Translations under genes and position numbers: made by a program
Part shown: positions 11,058-23,299 of the stretch, in pieces
Layout of the letters: the number at the start of each line of letters is the position of its first letter
Position numbering within the stretch: position 1 is the stretch's first letter
The notes under the pieces: model-generated
Database searches by the model: none
The model's input: the letters and a program-made list of their open reading frames with translations, nothing else
Told to the model about the DNA's origin: nothing
Assembly: GCA_025201805.1 (NCBI GenBank)
Contig: MU619383.1
Coordinates: 3,861 to 67,860, forward strand
Length of the DNA: 64,000 bases
Direction: 5' to 3'
Source: Parasitella parasitica NRRL 2501
Taxonomy: Eukaryota; Fungi; Mucoromycota

Positions 11058-11771
11058 TTAGTTTCGAGGAATATGGATACTGAAGGTGATTCCGGTCTTC
11101 GTTGCTTCAACTTTGACGACTATATCATCCTTGTCTCCGCTTCCAATACTGATTTTTCCCGCATCATCGCCATTATGAGCAGTAGAATCTTCATTTTTAC
11201 AACCAGTGGAGGGCTTCTCTTCTTGGCCTTGCTCGTCATCTTCTAATGGAGTAGAGTCAAAGTTACCGTAACTATGCAGCATGTCACCAAGAGGAAGCTC
11301 GAAAGAATGGTGGGTTCCCTTATCATCATCCTTCCTGTCATATTTAGTCTTGACATCATTGTACGTATCTTGGACAGTGTCTCGGATAGTTTGTTTACTG
11401 ACTTGCTCTCCTTGCTCCTTGGCCTCATCTTCTAACATAGACAATCTTTTCATCAGCATGCGATTATATTCTGAAATAGCATTCATCAAAGTCATAGCAT
11501 CTGTATTGCCTGCAAATAGGCCCGTATCATCATCGCTGTCATCATCCAATTCAGTTTGAGCTTCTTGCGCAATGTCTTTTACAGAGTTGGAAACGTCTGG
11601 CTGGACGGCGTCATTGTTTTTTTCCTCAGCAGCATCATCCTTAGAGATCTTGGTCTTCTTTGATTTTGCGGCAGGTATAACAGACTCTCCTAAACCTCGA
11701 GGGTGTGCCTTTTTCGATTTTTTGTTGGCAGATGAGGATTTTTTATTCTTTTTTTCAACGGTGGAAGGCAT
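11058..11771 (-). CDS. Cluster gene E: 237-aa charged protein with short central helix and C-terminal beta-rich motif
   Basis: Intronless ORF with a basic N-terminus and acidic body. Ends DDIVVKVEATKTGITFSIHIPRN*. Confidence 0.85.
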   Translation of the reverse strand: MPSTVEKKNKKSSSANKKSKKAHPRGLGESVIPAAKSKKTKISKDDAAEEKNNDAVQPDVSNSVKDIAQEAQTELDDDSDDDTGLFAGNTDAMTLMNAISEYNRMLMKRLSMLEDEAKEQGEQVSKQTIRDTVQDTYNDVKTKYDRKDDDKGTHHSFELPLGDMLHSYGNFDSTPLEDDEQGQEEKPSTGCKNEDSTAHNGDDAGKISIGSGDKDDIVVKVEATKTGITFSIHIPRN

Positions 11772-12060
11772 AATTTATAACTGGATATAACAAAAAGAAG
11801 AAGGGAATATGCGTTTTGTCTCTTTTTTATGTCAAAGAACTATTGCTGACTCGAGATTTACGTTAATATATCGTCATGGAAACTTAGTGTTCTTTTTTCC
11901 GGGAAAAAGTTTGCGATGATTTATGCATGAGATCATACTAATTTAAATGTTGTATATAAAAGAACCCGTCTTTCAGGATTTCTTTTTTCTCTTTCTTCCA
12001 TAACAAATTTAAAAAATTCTCGAATTATTCTTTATTATACCGTATCTAACTAGTAGAGCA

Positions 12061-15052
12061 ATGAAAAACCAGCAAGCGAAACAACAAGAAGCAGCAGCAG
12101 CTGCTGCCCGAGCAGCTGAGGATCAAAAGCAAACTACTCAAGAGCAATCTAACCAAGGCCAAGAAGCACAAAAAGCTCAAAAGTCTCAAAATAACAATCA
12201 AGAACAAACACAGGGTCAACAAGAACAAGGTGATGATCAAACTGATAATAGCAAAGATCAAGATTCTGAGCAAGAACAACAAGAGCAAGCTGTCTCTGAT
12301 GAAGAAGAATCTGATGAAGAAGACGAGTCCGATGAAGATGAAGAAGAAGGTGATGATGATGACCTCGAAGAATTGTATCGCCTCATGGTCGGAAAGAGAG
12401 TCAATAAAAGTGGTCTAGTCGTCGACAAGAAATCAGGCACTGTTCTAGGCAAAATTGTTGAAGGCAAGGTTAAAAGAATGTCAGGCAAGAAGGTCCGTGA
12501 CAATGGTGAAGTCTACAATGACAAGGGAAAGCTCATTGGCCGTGTAGAGCCAATTCAAGAAGACAGCGATGATAGCGATGAAAGTGATGGCTCGGACAAC
12601 GATCAAGAAGAAGTTTTTGCTAACGAAGAGCAAGAAGGTACTGTATTGCAGAGCTGTTTCCCTAATTTAGTAATCTTGCCTAATTCATTCCCAATCTGTA
12701 GATGTCGCTGACACCATCAAGGATAATAAGGTTGCCCCTGAAAATGATGTCAAAGCTGCAGATGACGAAAATGACAGTAACTCCAATGATAAGGCTGAAA
12801 CTGCACAGGATACTGTTAAAGACTTGGAGAGCGGCGCTGAAGACAAAGCTAATGATATGCAAGATCCCAATGTTACGGAAAGTGATATTGAAGACGAGGT
12901 GAATGATGCCAATGACGTTAGCAAAAACATAGCAAGCGATGCCAAAGATACTTCTGATGATACACAAGAACGAGGAAGCAACCAATATGATGAAAGCAGT
13001 GTTGAAGATATTCAAAGTGGAGATAATAAAGATGATGGAGAAGAAGATAATGATGAAGAAGTAGAAGAAGAAAAACCTTTCAATCCTTATGACCTAGTTG
13101 ATGAAAACTCTCCTGAGGTTCGTAAATCTGGCAAGGTCGTTGACATGGAAGACAATGTCATTGGCACTGTTAATAAGAGCATGGCACCTAAGTTAGATGG
13201 CTTCAAGGTCGACAAAGACGGCAATGTTATCAACCATGAAGGCCATATTGTCGCCAAGGCTGACCTATACCAACCTCCTGCTGAACAAGAAGAGGAAAAG
13301 CCGTTCAATCCCAACGAAAATGTTAATGAAGACTCGCCGGAAGTTCGTAAGTCTGGCAAGATTGTAGACATGGAAGATAACATCGTTGGTGCTATTGATA
13401 AAGAGCAAGCTCCTAAATTTGTTGGTTTCAAAGTTGATCCTCAAGGAAATGTTATCGATAATGAAGGCCATATTGTTTCCAAAGCTGATCTCTACACAAT
13501 TGAAGAAGAAGAGGATAAAGAAGAAAAGCCCTTTAACCCCAACGAAATGGTCAACGCTGATTCTCCCGAGGTTCGCAAGTCTGGAAAGGTTCTTGACATG
13601 GATGATAATCTCGTCGGGTATGTTGACAAGCGCGTCGCTGCTAAACTTGCAGGCATGAAGGTCGACGAAGACGGTAATGTGGTCAATAGCGATGGCCATA
13701 TTGTTGGAAAAGCTGATATGATCAAACCTGAAGCTGAGGAAGAAGAGCCCAAGGAAGAAGAAAAGAAGCCTTTTAATCCCAATGAAAATGTTAATGAGGA
13801 CTCTCCCGAAGTGAAAAAGTCTGGCAAGATCCTTGACATGGATGATGAAGTTGTTGGCCATATTGACAAAAAACTTGCTGCTAAATTTATTGGCTTCAAG
13901 GTGGATCCTCAGGGCAATGTTATTGATAACGATGGCCATATCGTTGCTACTGCCGAAATGATTCAAGTGGAAGAGGAGCAGAAGCCATTCAATCCAAATG
14001 AGGCCGTTGATGAAAATTCTCCCGAGGTCAAGCGATCTGGCAAGGTAGTTGACATGGATGATAACATTGTTGGCTCTGTTGACAAGCATCTTGCCCCCAA
14101 GCTGGCTGGCTTCAAGGTTGATGACAATGGCAATGTTATTGACAATGAGGGCCACATTGTTGCCAGAGCTGAAATGATTCCTCACGAAGAAGAACTAGAC
14201 CCCAACAAGCCATTCAATCCTAATACCATGGTCGATGAACATTCTCCTCGTGTGAGAAAGTCTGGCAAGGTGGTTGACGAAGATGACAATATCGTCGGTG
14301 AAGTTGATAAAAGTTCTGCACACAAATTGGCTGGCTTCCCGGTGGATGACGATGGTAACATCATTGACAATGAAGGTCATACAGTTGGTAAAGCCAAGAT
14401 GTACGACAAGAAGACTGAAGAGCAGCTCAAAGAAGAAGCTGAAGAAGAAGAATACCGCAAAATTGCTGATCAAATGTCGCAATCCATTCAAATCTCCTTG
14501 GACAAGATCAAACCTGTTTTGAAGAACATTACCGACTTGATCGACGAAGAAGAAGCCAAGCCTCAAGAGGAACGTGATGAACAAAAGTTGGTTGATACAG
14601 TCAAGCCATTGATTGAGCAAGGTTCTGCTATTCTGGAGGAATGTAATGGTGCCATTCGTGGTCTTGATCCCTCTGGAAGGATTGCTAAACAGGCTCAGGC
14701 CAAGACCTCAGCAAGAAAGGCTTCTCCTGAAGAATATCATTTGGCTGACCTTTTGGCTCAGCTGTCTGGCGATGTTAGCACCGCTATTGACAGGGCAAAG
14801 AAGAAGATACGAAGCATGCCTCATGCCAAGAAGGAATTGAGTCCCTTGTGGAATATCTTGCAAAGCCCTCTGCTTCAAATCCTCTCAGCTGTTGGTCTTT
14901 TGTTGACTGGTGTATTGGGTCTTGTTGGCAATATCTTGAACGGCCTCGGTCTTGGTTCCATCATCAATAGCTTGTTGGGCGGTATTGGCCTCAACAAGAT
15001 TCTCGAAGGTTTCGGCTTAGGTGATGCTCTAAAGTTGGGCAGAAAGAAATAA
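12061..15052 (+). CDS. Cluster gene F: 975-aa repeat protein, DUF3659-like repeats plus DUF6987-like helical C-terminus (2 exons: 12061-12637, 12702-15052)
   Basis: A 64-nt GT...TAG intron with a CTAAT branch point joins two ORF-track ORFs in frame. One divergent and six tandem G-x-V-x-D-x-x-G repeats, then a helical domain (DEQKLVDTVKPLIEQG...IRGLDPSGRIA...PEEYHLADLL...MPHAKKELSPLW) and a Gly/Leu hydrophobic tail. Family names are from recall. Confidence 0.9.
13075..14400 (+). repeat. Six tandem ~72-80-aa coding repeats in gene F
   Basis: KPFNP...SPEVRKSGKVVDMxDNxVGxVDK..AxKLxGFKVD..GNVIDNEGHIVxKA units start near 13075, 13298, 13526, 13766, 13982 and 14207. Confidence 0.95.
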
Positions 15053-15388
15053 TCATTTTGTAAATAATACTGTAGTATACTCTATTCAAAAGCTTGTTGC
15101 AACCACATTTGCCCAAAATCATTTGAAACTCTGTAACGCAACATTGCCTTGATTTTGATTAAAAATCGCAATGATATCTTACTACATACTGCGCATTTAT
15201 CATAAAGCAAATATCTTATTTACGTGATAATCTTCCTTTATATTCTATGGATGGCTGTTGCATGAAGCTGTGCAGTAACGTACACATTTGACAACGTTTC
15301 GGAAGGACTGCTTTGCATTTGACTAAATTGACAAGCGAAAAGCGAAAAGGCATCCTTCGTTATTTTTTCTTTCCTTCTTTTATCCATA

Positions 15389-18300
15389 ATGCTTCGATCA
15401 AAATCATTTGTAAAACGTACTCGCAAGGGTAATGTTGTCAAGGTTGTCAAAGAGCATTATTTGAGAGACGACATTCCATGTTCATCAGAAATCTGCAAAG
15501 TTTGCAGCAAGACTTCCGTACCAATCCTCTCGAACACACCTAAAGGAACTAGCAAATTCAAGCCTCATTACCTTATCCCTGATACCAACGTCTTTATCAG
15601 TCAGGTATGTAAAACAAGTCCATGCTTCAAATAACACAATGAAAAAGACGACTCACCCACTCGTAAATTAGCTCGACATCATGGAGCATCCTGCAATCAA
15701 AGATGTTATCGTTTTGCAGACTGTTAGAGAGGAAATCCGTCACTTGAGCCTGCCCGTGTACAACAGATTGAACACTATCTTGGCTGACAAAACCAAGCGT
15801 TTTTACATGTTTGCCAACGAGCATCAGCGGTAAAGTACCAGACTGAAAATTGCTGTATTGCGATCTTTGTCTTCTAATTTTTAAATAGAGATACATTTAT
15901 CGAGAAACTAAAGGGAGAGACACCTAACGATAGAAACGATCGAGGTAGGTATCCAGATTCCACTAATTTCTAGGAATGTTGCATTGACTTGTTTTCAATT
16001 ATTAGCTATTCGAGTAGCCACAAAGTGGTTTATGGATCACTTGAAAGCCAATTCTTCGGGCGAGGATGTCGATGTGATCATGTTGAGTGATGATCGTGGA
16101 AACAGAGACAAAGCTAAGGCTACTGGAATCAAAACTTGTGGAGGTAAAAAAAAATCGATCATCAATTTTTTGATGGATTCTGATTTAAAATTTGACTCTC
16201 ATATAGTTACCGAGTATGTTGACAGTATCAAGGATACGCCTGAATTATTGGATATGGTTTCTGCACCAAAGGCAGCTGCTGGCGAGAAAGTTGTATACGA
16301 AGAGGTATGGCTACATTTTACTGCATAGTCTCAAACTAACCGATTTACTCTGTATACATAGCACCTGTCACCAGCACAGATCCAGAATGGCATCAAAAAG
16401 GGATCACTCATCCAAGCACCCTTTAATGTCAGTGTTCACAATGTCCAAGAGGTTAATATTCACTTTATATGTTTCTAAAAAGGAAGTCAACGGTGTTAAT
16501 AAATGTAAATAGGCCACTGTCGTTGGAGAAGTTGAGGGCGAGGTCAAGACCATCTTTATTTTAGGTCGCAAACACTTCAACCGCTGTATCCAGGGCGATA
16601 TTGTTGCTGTAGAGCTTTTACCAAAGAGTGAATGGAAGCGGGGAGCTTCCGTTGCCATTGAAGAAGAGGATGACGATGAGGAAAAGATGTTTGGTGAAGA
16701 GGAAGTAATTGTTGATAAAATGACAGAAAATGACACCCCTGTTGAACCTACTGGCAAGGTAGTTGGTATCATTCGTAAAAAATGGAGACCGTAAGTTTAG
16801 ATTTTGCAAGAAGGTATAAATGGGATAGTCAAAAATTGACGTTTTTTACATAGCTACTGCGGCTTCATCGTGAAAAAGACTGTACCCAAGAATACCGCAA
16901 GTGGGCCCGTAAATGTCATTTTTCGTGCTATGGATAGACGCATTCCTCCCATCAAGATCAAGACATCACAAGCACATACTTTGGTAGGCAATCGTATTGT
17001 GGTATCAATTGATAGCTGGCCTACCACTTCAAGGTACTGCGGGATATCAGACAATACATGTAATTTTTCTTAACGTCTGGCTCCATTATTCACATAGTTT
17101 CCCTATGGGCCATTTTGTCAAAACATTGGGTTCTTCTGGCGATAGAGAAACTGAGACTGAAGTTTTACTGCTAGAGCATGATGTTCCCTATCAAGAATTC
17201 TCTCAGCGTGTGCTTGAGGATCTTCCTGTGGAAGGAGACCAATGGGTTGTGCTCGACAAGCATTTGACACAAGAAAATAGACGAGATTTTAGAGATTTGG
17301 ATATTTGTAGCATTGATCCACCTGGATGTACTGATATTGACGATGCTCTTCATGCTCGTGTTCTTCCCAACGGTAATTGGGAAGTGGGTGTCCGTAAGTT
17401 GACTACATCGAATACTGATGTCTTTTAGTTGAATACTGAGCTTTATTTTGTAGATATTGCAGATGTTACCTATTTTGTTAAACACGGTATGCCAATGGAT
17501 GTAGAGGCTGCTTCGCGTGGCACATCTGTCTATTTAGTCGATAAACGTCTCGACATGTTGCCCTCACTTCTGGGTACCAGTAAGTATACGAATTATTTGG
17601 CTAGAAATCATCAATTTTTGATTGTTTTCCTTTTTTTTTTTTTTTTTTTTTTCAATGTAGATTTGTGCTCGTTGAGATCCAACGTCGAACGTTTAGCCTT
17701 CTCCTGTGTTTGGGAAATGAACGAAAATGCCGAGATTGTCAGCGTCGACTTTACAAAGAGCGTTATTCGATCCAAACACTCCTTCACTTATGAGGAAGCA
17801 CAAACTCGTATTGACGATGAGCGTATGCAGGACTCCATTACCAAGGGCATTCGTGTATTGAACAAATTTGCCAAGATTCTTCGACAAAAACGTATGGAAA
17901 ATGGTGCCTTGACGTTATCATCGCCTGAAGTTCGTTTCAATTTGGAGAATGATTCACAAGATCCTGTAGATGTTGAAATGAAGGAGCTGAAAGAGACCAA
18001 CGCACTGGTGGAAGAGTTCATGTTGCTGGCAAATATCTCTGTAGCCAAAAAGATATATTCCAAATTCCCTAGCTCTGCTATGCTTCGAAAGCATCCTGCC
18101 CCTCCTACTAACAATTTTGATTCTTTACGTCAAATCCTCATGGAAAAGGGGTTTATTTTAGAAACGGAAACTTCAAAAGCTTTAGCTGATTCATTAGATA
18201 AGGCTGTTGTAAGTTCATTGTCACTGTTATCTGAATGAATGAATAGCTTGATTTTACTCATTTCATTTACATTCTAGATTCCTAAGGACCCTTATTTCAA

Positions 18301-19036
18301 CAAACTGGTCCGTATCATGACAACCCGTTGTATGATGCAGGCTCAATATTTTTGCTCAGGCACGGAGATCGAGTCAGAATTCCAGCATTATGGTTTGGCT
18401 AGCCCCATTTACACACATTTCACATCCCCTATCCGTCGTTATGCAGGTACGTCAAACTGTCATGTCTTTAAGCGCCTGTATTCAATCTAGTTTTTAGACG
18501 TTATTGTCCACCGTCTCTTACAAGCCTGCATCAAACCCGACCTTGAATACGGTGCAGAGTTGATCGATACACTTAGGATGAAGGAATTATGCGATAATCT
18601 CAATTTCCGCAACAGAATGGCTCAGCAGGCAAGCCGCAGTTCCGTCGAACTGTTTACCAGTCTTTACTTTAGAAACAAGACTGAGGTAGAAGAAGGCCGT
18701 ATCCTTCGCGTTCTGAAGAATGGTATTATTGTGCTTGTACCTAAATATGGCATCGAAACAATTGTATATACATCCTTATCAGCCGATGGGCCATCACCGT
18801 TCACCTATGACGAGGAGGCTAAATCGCTTGTTGCTGAAGACATTGTACTAAAGACATTTGATTCTGTTAAGGTTGAGATTACTGTAGAAGGCGACGCAGA
18901 TGGCATGCGTCAAAAGATGAATATGAGATTGGTAGAGCCATTTGTTGAGGGCGTTAGTGTTGTACCCTCATCAACAACAAAAAGACCCAACACGGGTGAT
19001 AATACAGAAAATACTGCTAAAAAGTCGAAAAAATAA
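15389..19036 (+). CDS. DIS3: Exosome catalytic subunit Dis3/Rrp44 (about 13 exons)
   Basis: [14 protein letters not shown]...[10 protein letters not shown] start, PIN domain DTNV, RNB motifs [15 protein letters not shown] and HYGLA...[11 protein letters not shown]. About 12 GT-AG introns. Confidence 0.97.
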
Positions 19037-19345
19037 CTATATTTATAATAATAAATGATTCCTTTATTTCAATAAAAAAAAAAAGTTATATATAAAGAAG
19101 TTGAGATTGAGATTGAAGCATAACTAGATAAAACGATGCAGAGAAGGAATGTTGAATGATTATATTTATAATGAACTATGAGAGGGGGGTGGATTGTGGT
19201 TTGTGAAGGGGGAGGGGGGGAGGGGAGAGGATCAAAAAAGAGCAAAACAAAAAGAAGGGTGATATATTTGAAATGTGATTGTTGTTGGCATATAGATAAA
19301 AATGGCATAAGTAGGCATATGAAAGTGTATACGTATAAATAAAAC

Positions 19346-20329
19346 TTAAATGAACTGAGGCATATAATCCGCAATAAAAGTTGCTGCTAATGGTGAAGAC
19401 ACAGGTTGATTGTAATACTGGCCTGAAAGAACAACAGGGTCATTCATATATAAACTGTCTAGCGAAATAGGTGACCCAGCTACTGTAGAAGCAGAGCAAG
19501 ATGCTGTTAATGGTGGTGTTTGCTGTAAATATGGGTTCATCATTTCCAAGCTAGTGGCATCATAAGAGAAATTCCTCTTGAATGGCTGCTGCATAGGTGA
19601 CACATTACTGCTACTGTTATCCTTTGATAGTAAAGAGGGCGACCAAGATGGCGATAAATAACTTGCTTGTGGTTGATTAAGTGCTGCCATGGTGTTAATG
19701 TGTTGATAGTGATGCATGATGGGACATGATTTGCGTCTCATTTCGTAGGAAGAGGATGCAGCAGCAACAGCAGCAGCCGTGGTTGCAACAGTACGAACAT
19801 TTTCATTCAATTGCCATGCTGACCAGTCTGGCTCTTCTTGAACAAAATTGTTTGTAAAGAATTGCGAGAATAGAATGGAAGATTGATTTAAATCACTGCT
19901 GTTCAAAGGCGTGTCGATTGCATCCATGTCTTTGTAATGTTCTTTTTGCTCTGCTAGCAACAGAGTTGGCTCTTGCTCCACTTCAATTTTTGAGCTGGGT
20001 TTTCTTTTAGATTGCTTTGCTTTTGCTCTTCGGTTTTGGAACCAAATCTGTACACCACGAGGTGTCATTTCAAGTTTTTGGGCCAAAATGCGGCGGATAG
20101 CAGCACTTGGCTTTGGGTTCTCAGTGTATGACTTCTCAAGCACTTTCAGTTGCGCGCGGGATGTTCTGCGTCGATGTTTTATTTCGAAAGGATTATAAAA
20201 TGTTGGGCGAAAATCACCGTGTGGATATTGATGAAATGTTTCCAAGAGATAGTTGTCATCGGATTTAGGAGTTTGTGTAGGCGATACTGCAAACGATTGT
20301 TCAAAAGGCTGCAATGAATCCAATGTCAT
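19346..20329 (-). CDS. Homeodomain transcription factor (327 aa)
   Basis: HRRRTSRAQLKVLEKSYTENPKPSAAIRRILAQKLEMTPRGVQIWFQNRRAK homeodomain. ATG at 20329. Confidence 0.93.
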   Translation of the reverse strand: MTLDSLQPFEQSFAVSPTQTPKSDDNYLLETFHQYPHGDFRPTFYNPFEIKHRRRTSRAQLKVLEKSYTENPKPSAAIRRILAQKLEMTPRGVQIWFQNRRAKAKQSKRKPSSKIEVEQEPTLLLAEQKEHYKDMDAIDTPLNSSDLNQSSILFSQFFTNNFVQEEPDWSAWQLNENVRTVATTAAAVAAASSSYEMRRKSCPIMHHYQHINTMAALNQPQASYLSPSWSPSLLSKDNSSSNVSPMQQPFKRNFSYDATSLEMMNPYLQQTPPLTASCSASTVAGSPISLDSLYMNDPVVLSGQYYNQPVSSPLAATFIADYMPQFI

Positions 20330-21036
20330 ATTTATATGTGTATTTATATGAAGAAATAAAAAAAAAAAAAGAAGAAGAAAAGAAATCAATGATCCTAGGG
20401 AAGAGGGGATCTCTTTTTTATATATAAACAGAGAAATTCCAACGATAAACTACATGGATAAATGTCAAGTTACTATATAGACAATATGTATAGGTTTTTA
20501 TCCGAATTCAGGATAGCGTCTTTTGTCCCCTTGAAGGAGTTGCTGATGATTCCTTGACTTCACTTGTACCTGGATGCAAAATGTCATTTAACTTTCCAAA
20601 AAATAAAAAACTAGCATGGCCCTAAATGTAAAGTTATATTAGAAAATGATGGTATAACATGTATACATGTTTATCTCTTTTTTCTCTCTCTTCCCCTCTA
20701 TCTCATTCTTCCGTTTCTGTATCTCTGTCTCGCTCTAATTCTATCGCCCTTTCACTGTTGGTCTAGTTAACATCATTGGTATGCAATGCGTCCTAGTTTT
20801 TTTGTCTGATGATATGCGCGCCAGTTGACGATCGAACGGGCAATCCTTCTCATAAGCTAAATATACAAATTTGCTCATTGAATGCCATAATTTAAATCAA
20901 AAAGGAAAATTTGAAAAAAGGAGTGATTCATACTGCTGTCGCAAAATGTGCACAGTTGATGTGTATTTCAATACAGACTAGTACAGTAGCATCTTGCTCA
21001 AAGGAGGGTTTTTATTTATTTATTGACATGTACATT

Positions 21037-23075
21037 TTAATTCTGTTCGTTGACATATCTACTAGCAATGCCAGATAGGCCTTCCTGAACATCGGTTGCT
21101 TCATCTTGACCAATATTAGCTTCTAGTCCTTTATAAGTTCTATTCTGGAAATACTCTCCTACCAATCAAATATTAACAAAAGGGGAGACAACCATTGACA
21201 CTGCAATTATTACCTGCAGTGCTATTTAGAAGCCGAGCTATGCTATCATCCTTGCTTCTTAAAGTCAAACCTGTCAACGTACTTGTCAATAATTCGCTTG
21301 AATCTAAATCAGACAGTGAGAAAATGAGCATTCTAGCGATGCAAACTTGCAAAAATGTACCTGAATTGCATTGGCCAGTAATTAAGGAGGAATGAGGTTC
21401 CCCATCACTGGAGGCATCTTGATCTTGTTCCTACGAATTTGCGTTAATTTGGTAGCTCAGCATAATTTTTTAATCAGGTCAAACCTCATCGTAGCTAAAT
21501 CCATCAGTGCGTAATTGAGGAAGCAGCATTGAGAAATCAGTAATATAGTCCCCAACCCATTCCATATCCCTGTCGCACTGATAAGTTCGATTGATGCATA
21601 CTAATTTTTTTTTTTTTAATAATACCTGATAAGTGCGATTTCAAGTTCAAATGGGGTTACCATTGGGCGGCAAAACTCCTAGTCATTTTCTTCAGTTGTG
21701 AGTGTCTTCCCCTGCTTTTTGTGAAATTATAACATACCTTGGAATCAATCAAACTATTTTCAGGACAAGACACTAATACAAAACAATCTATTTCCATAAA
21801 ATTTGCCATTTTATATGCATTCAATTTGCCCATCACGAAGAAGTACGATTTTCTGCCTGATGCTTTGATAATTTTCTTTATGTGATCAATAATGTTCATG
21901 TAAGAAGCTGTTGAAAACATAGTGTGTATAAGTCACATGCTGCTGTCAATTTGCCAATGCAACTTACCCACACCCAAAGTTCCAACCACAATACCAATAG
22001 TTTCAGCATCTTTGACCGCTTGTAACAGGGCATACCTTTTCATCAACAACCTATTCACCTGCACAGATTCTTTCCTTGCTTCTTTTGTCTTGGGATTGTA
22101 AGTAAAGACAGGGCATTTGTTGTGGACCATCATGATATTGGTCAATGTCAAGCTTTCTTTTCCAATAAAGAAAATGGAGCATGATTCCATAGGAATTCCT
22201 TCAGGAAGCTCAAAATAACGGCCCCCCTTCTTTTTCTCTGTCATTAGATTCTCAACATCAGCATGAGTTGCTGGTGCGAGAATGGAGGATGCATTGTCCT
22301 CTTCATTGAAGGCATCTTCGAAATCACGATCGCATTTTCCACAGCAAGCTTCTCCGTTTTTCTTTCTTTCTTCATGCCCTGTAAAGCCACCATGTGATAA
22401 CGACGATGAAGGCGATGTTGATGAAGGTGGTGTTGATGAAGGTTTGTTGAGCATGTGCTGCAAGTTTGATTCTGTTTGGATAACCGTGGGGATAATATGC
22501 TGATAGGCTTTAGCTAATTCAGCTGTCAAACTCTCCGTGCAATGAGCATATTCAACGTCGCTCATGATGATAACAGGCTGTGATAAATCGGGAAATAGCA
22601 TCTGAAATTCCTTTTTGCACTGCTCCAAGTCAATGGATTGCCGACCAAATACATACAGTACAGGAGAACGAGATGTTCTATTCAAGAGTTAAATGTCTAG
22701 GCTACAAAACAAAGCAAAGCGTACTTACGGGCTCAAACATGATCGGCCGTAATGAACGATTAAATCGGCATTGACATGCTCAGCAGCCACTTCATCCACA
22801 CAACAGCTGCCATAAGACGTATCTGCCAGCACAAAGATTTCTTGCCCTGTCTTTTCCACAAGCTCCTTGGCTACATGGGCAGCGTCCGCTAAATATTCGT
22901 CTGGAAATTGAAGTGCAATGCGCTTGTAATTGCCTTCCTTGATACGAGCAACTGTGCGATTAATTTCGTACAGCTCTTGAATATGTTCATGCTTTTTGCT
23001 CTTGGTTTCAATTTGTCTCTGGATTACTTTTTTATCATCGCTAGCAAGATCGGTTGGCTCACTTGCAGTTGACAT
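21037..23075 (-). CDS. DPH2: Diphthamide biosynthesis protein 2 (multi-exon)
   Basis: [53 protein letters not shown]-terminus [14 protein letters not shown]. Confidence 0.93.
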
Positions 23076-23299
23076 GATTTGCAGATTGTTTTGTTAATGT
23101 AAGCGATGAAGAAAAAATTTCAAAAAAAGCTCTTTTGGGGCCTGCAGGTGACTCCTTTCTGAAGGTTGTTGCAATGATTGAAACATTCGAATTAATATAA
23201 AAGAGCACAAATTTTAGCACAATATATATACATTGGAGCTTTACCAAAATATTTATCATATCTTGTCTATCGGGATACATACAATTTATCATATCTCTT

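Noticed and set aside
13087-14620. Long antisense ORFs over gene F (and similar ones over genes A-E)
   Set aside because: Shadow frames of repetitive, codon-biased sense CDS.
19346-20329. Homeodomain gene as dedicated regulator of the six-gene cluster or as a mating-type locus
   Set aside because: It is separated from the cluster by DIS3, with no evidence of linkage. Mucorales sex loci use HMG genes.
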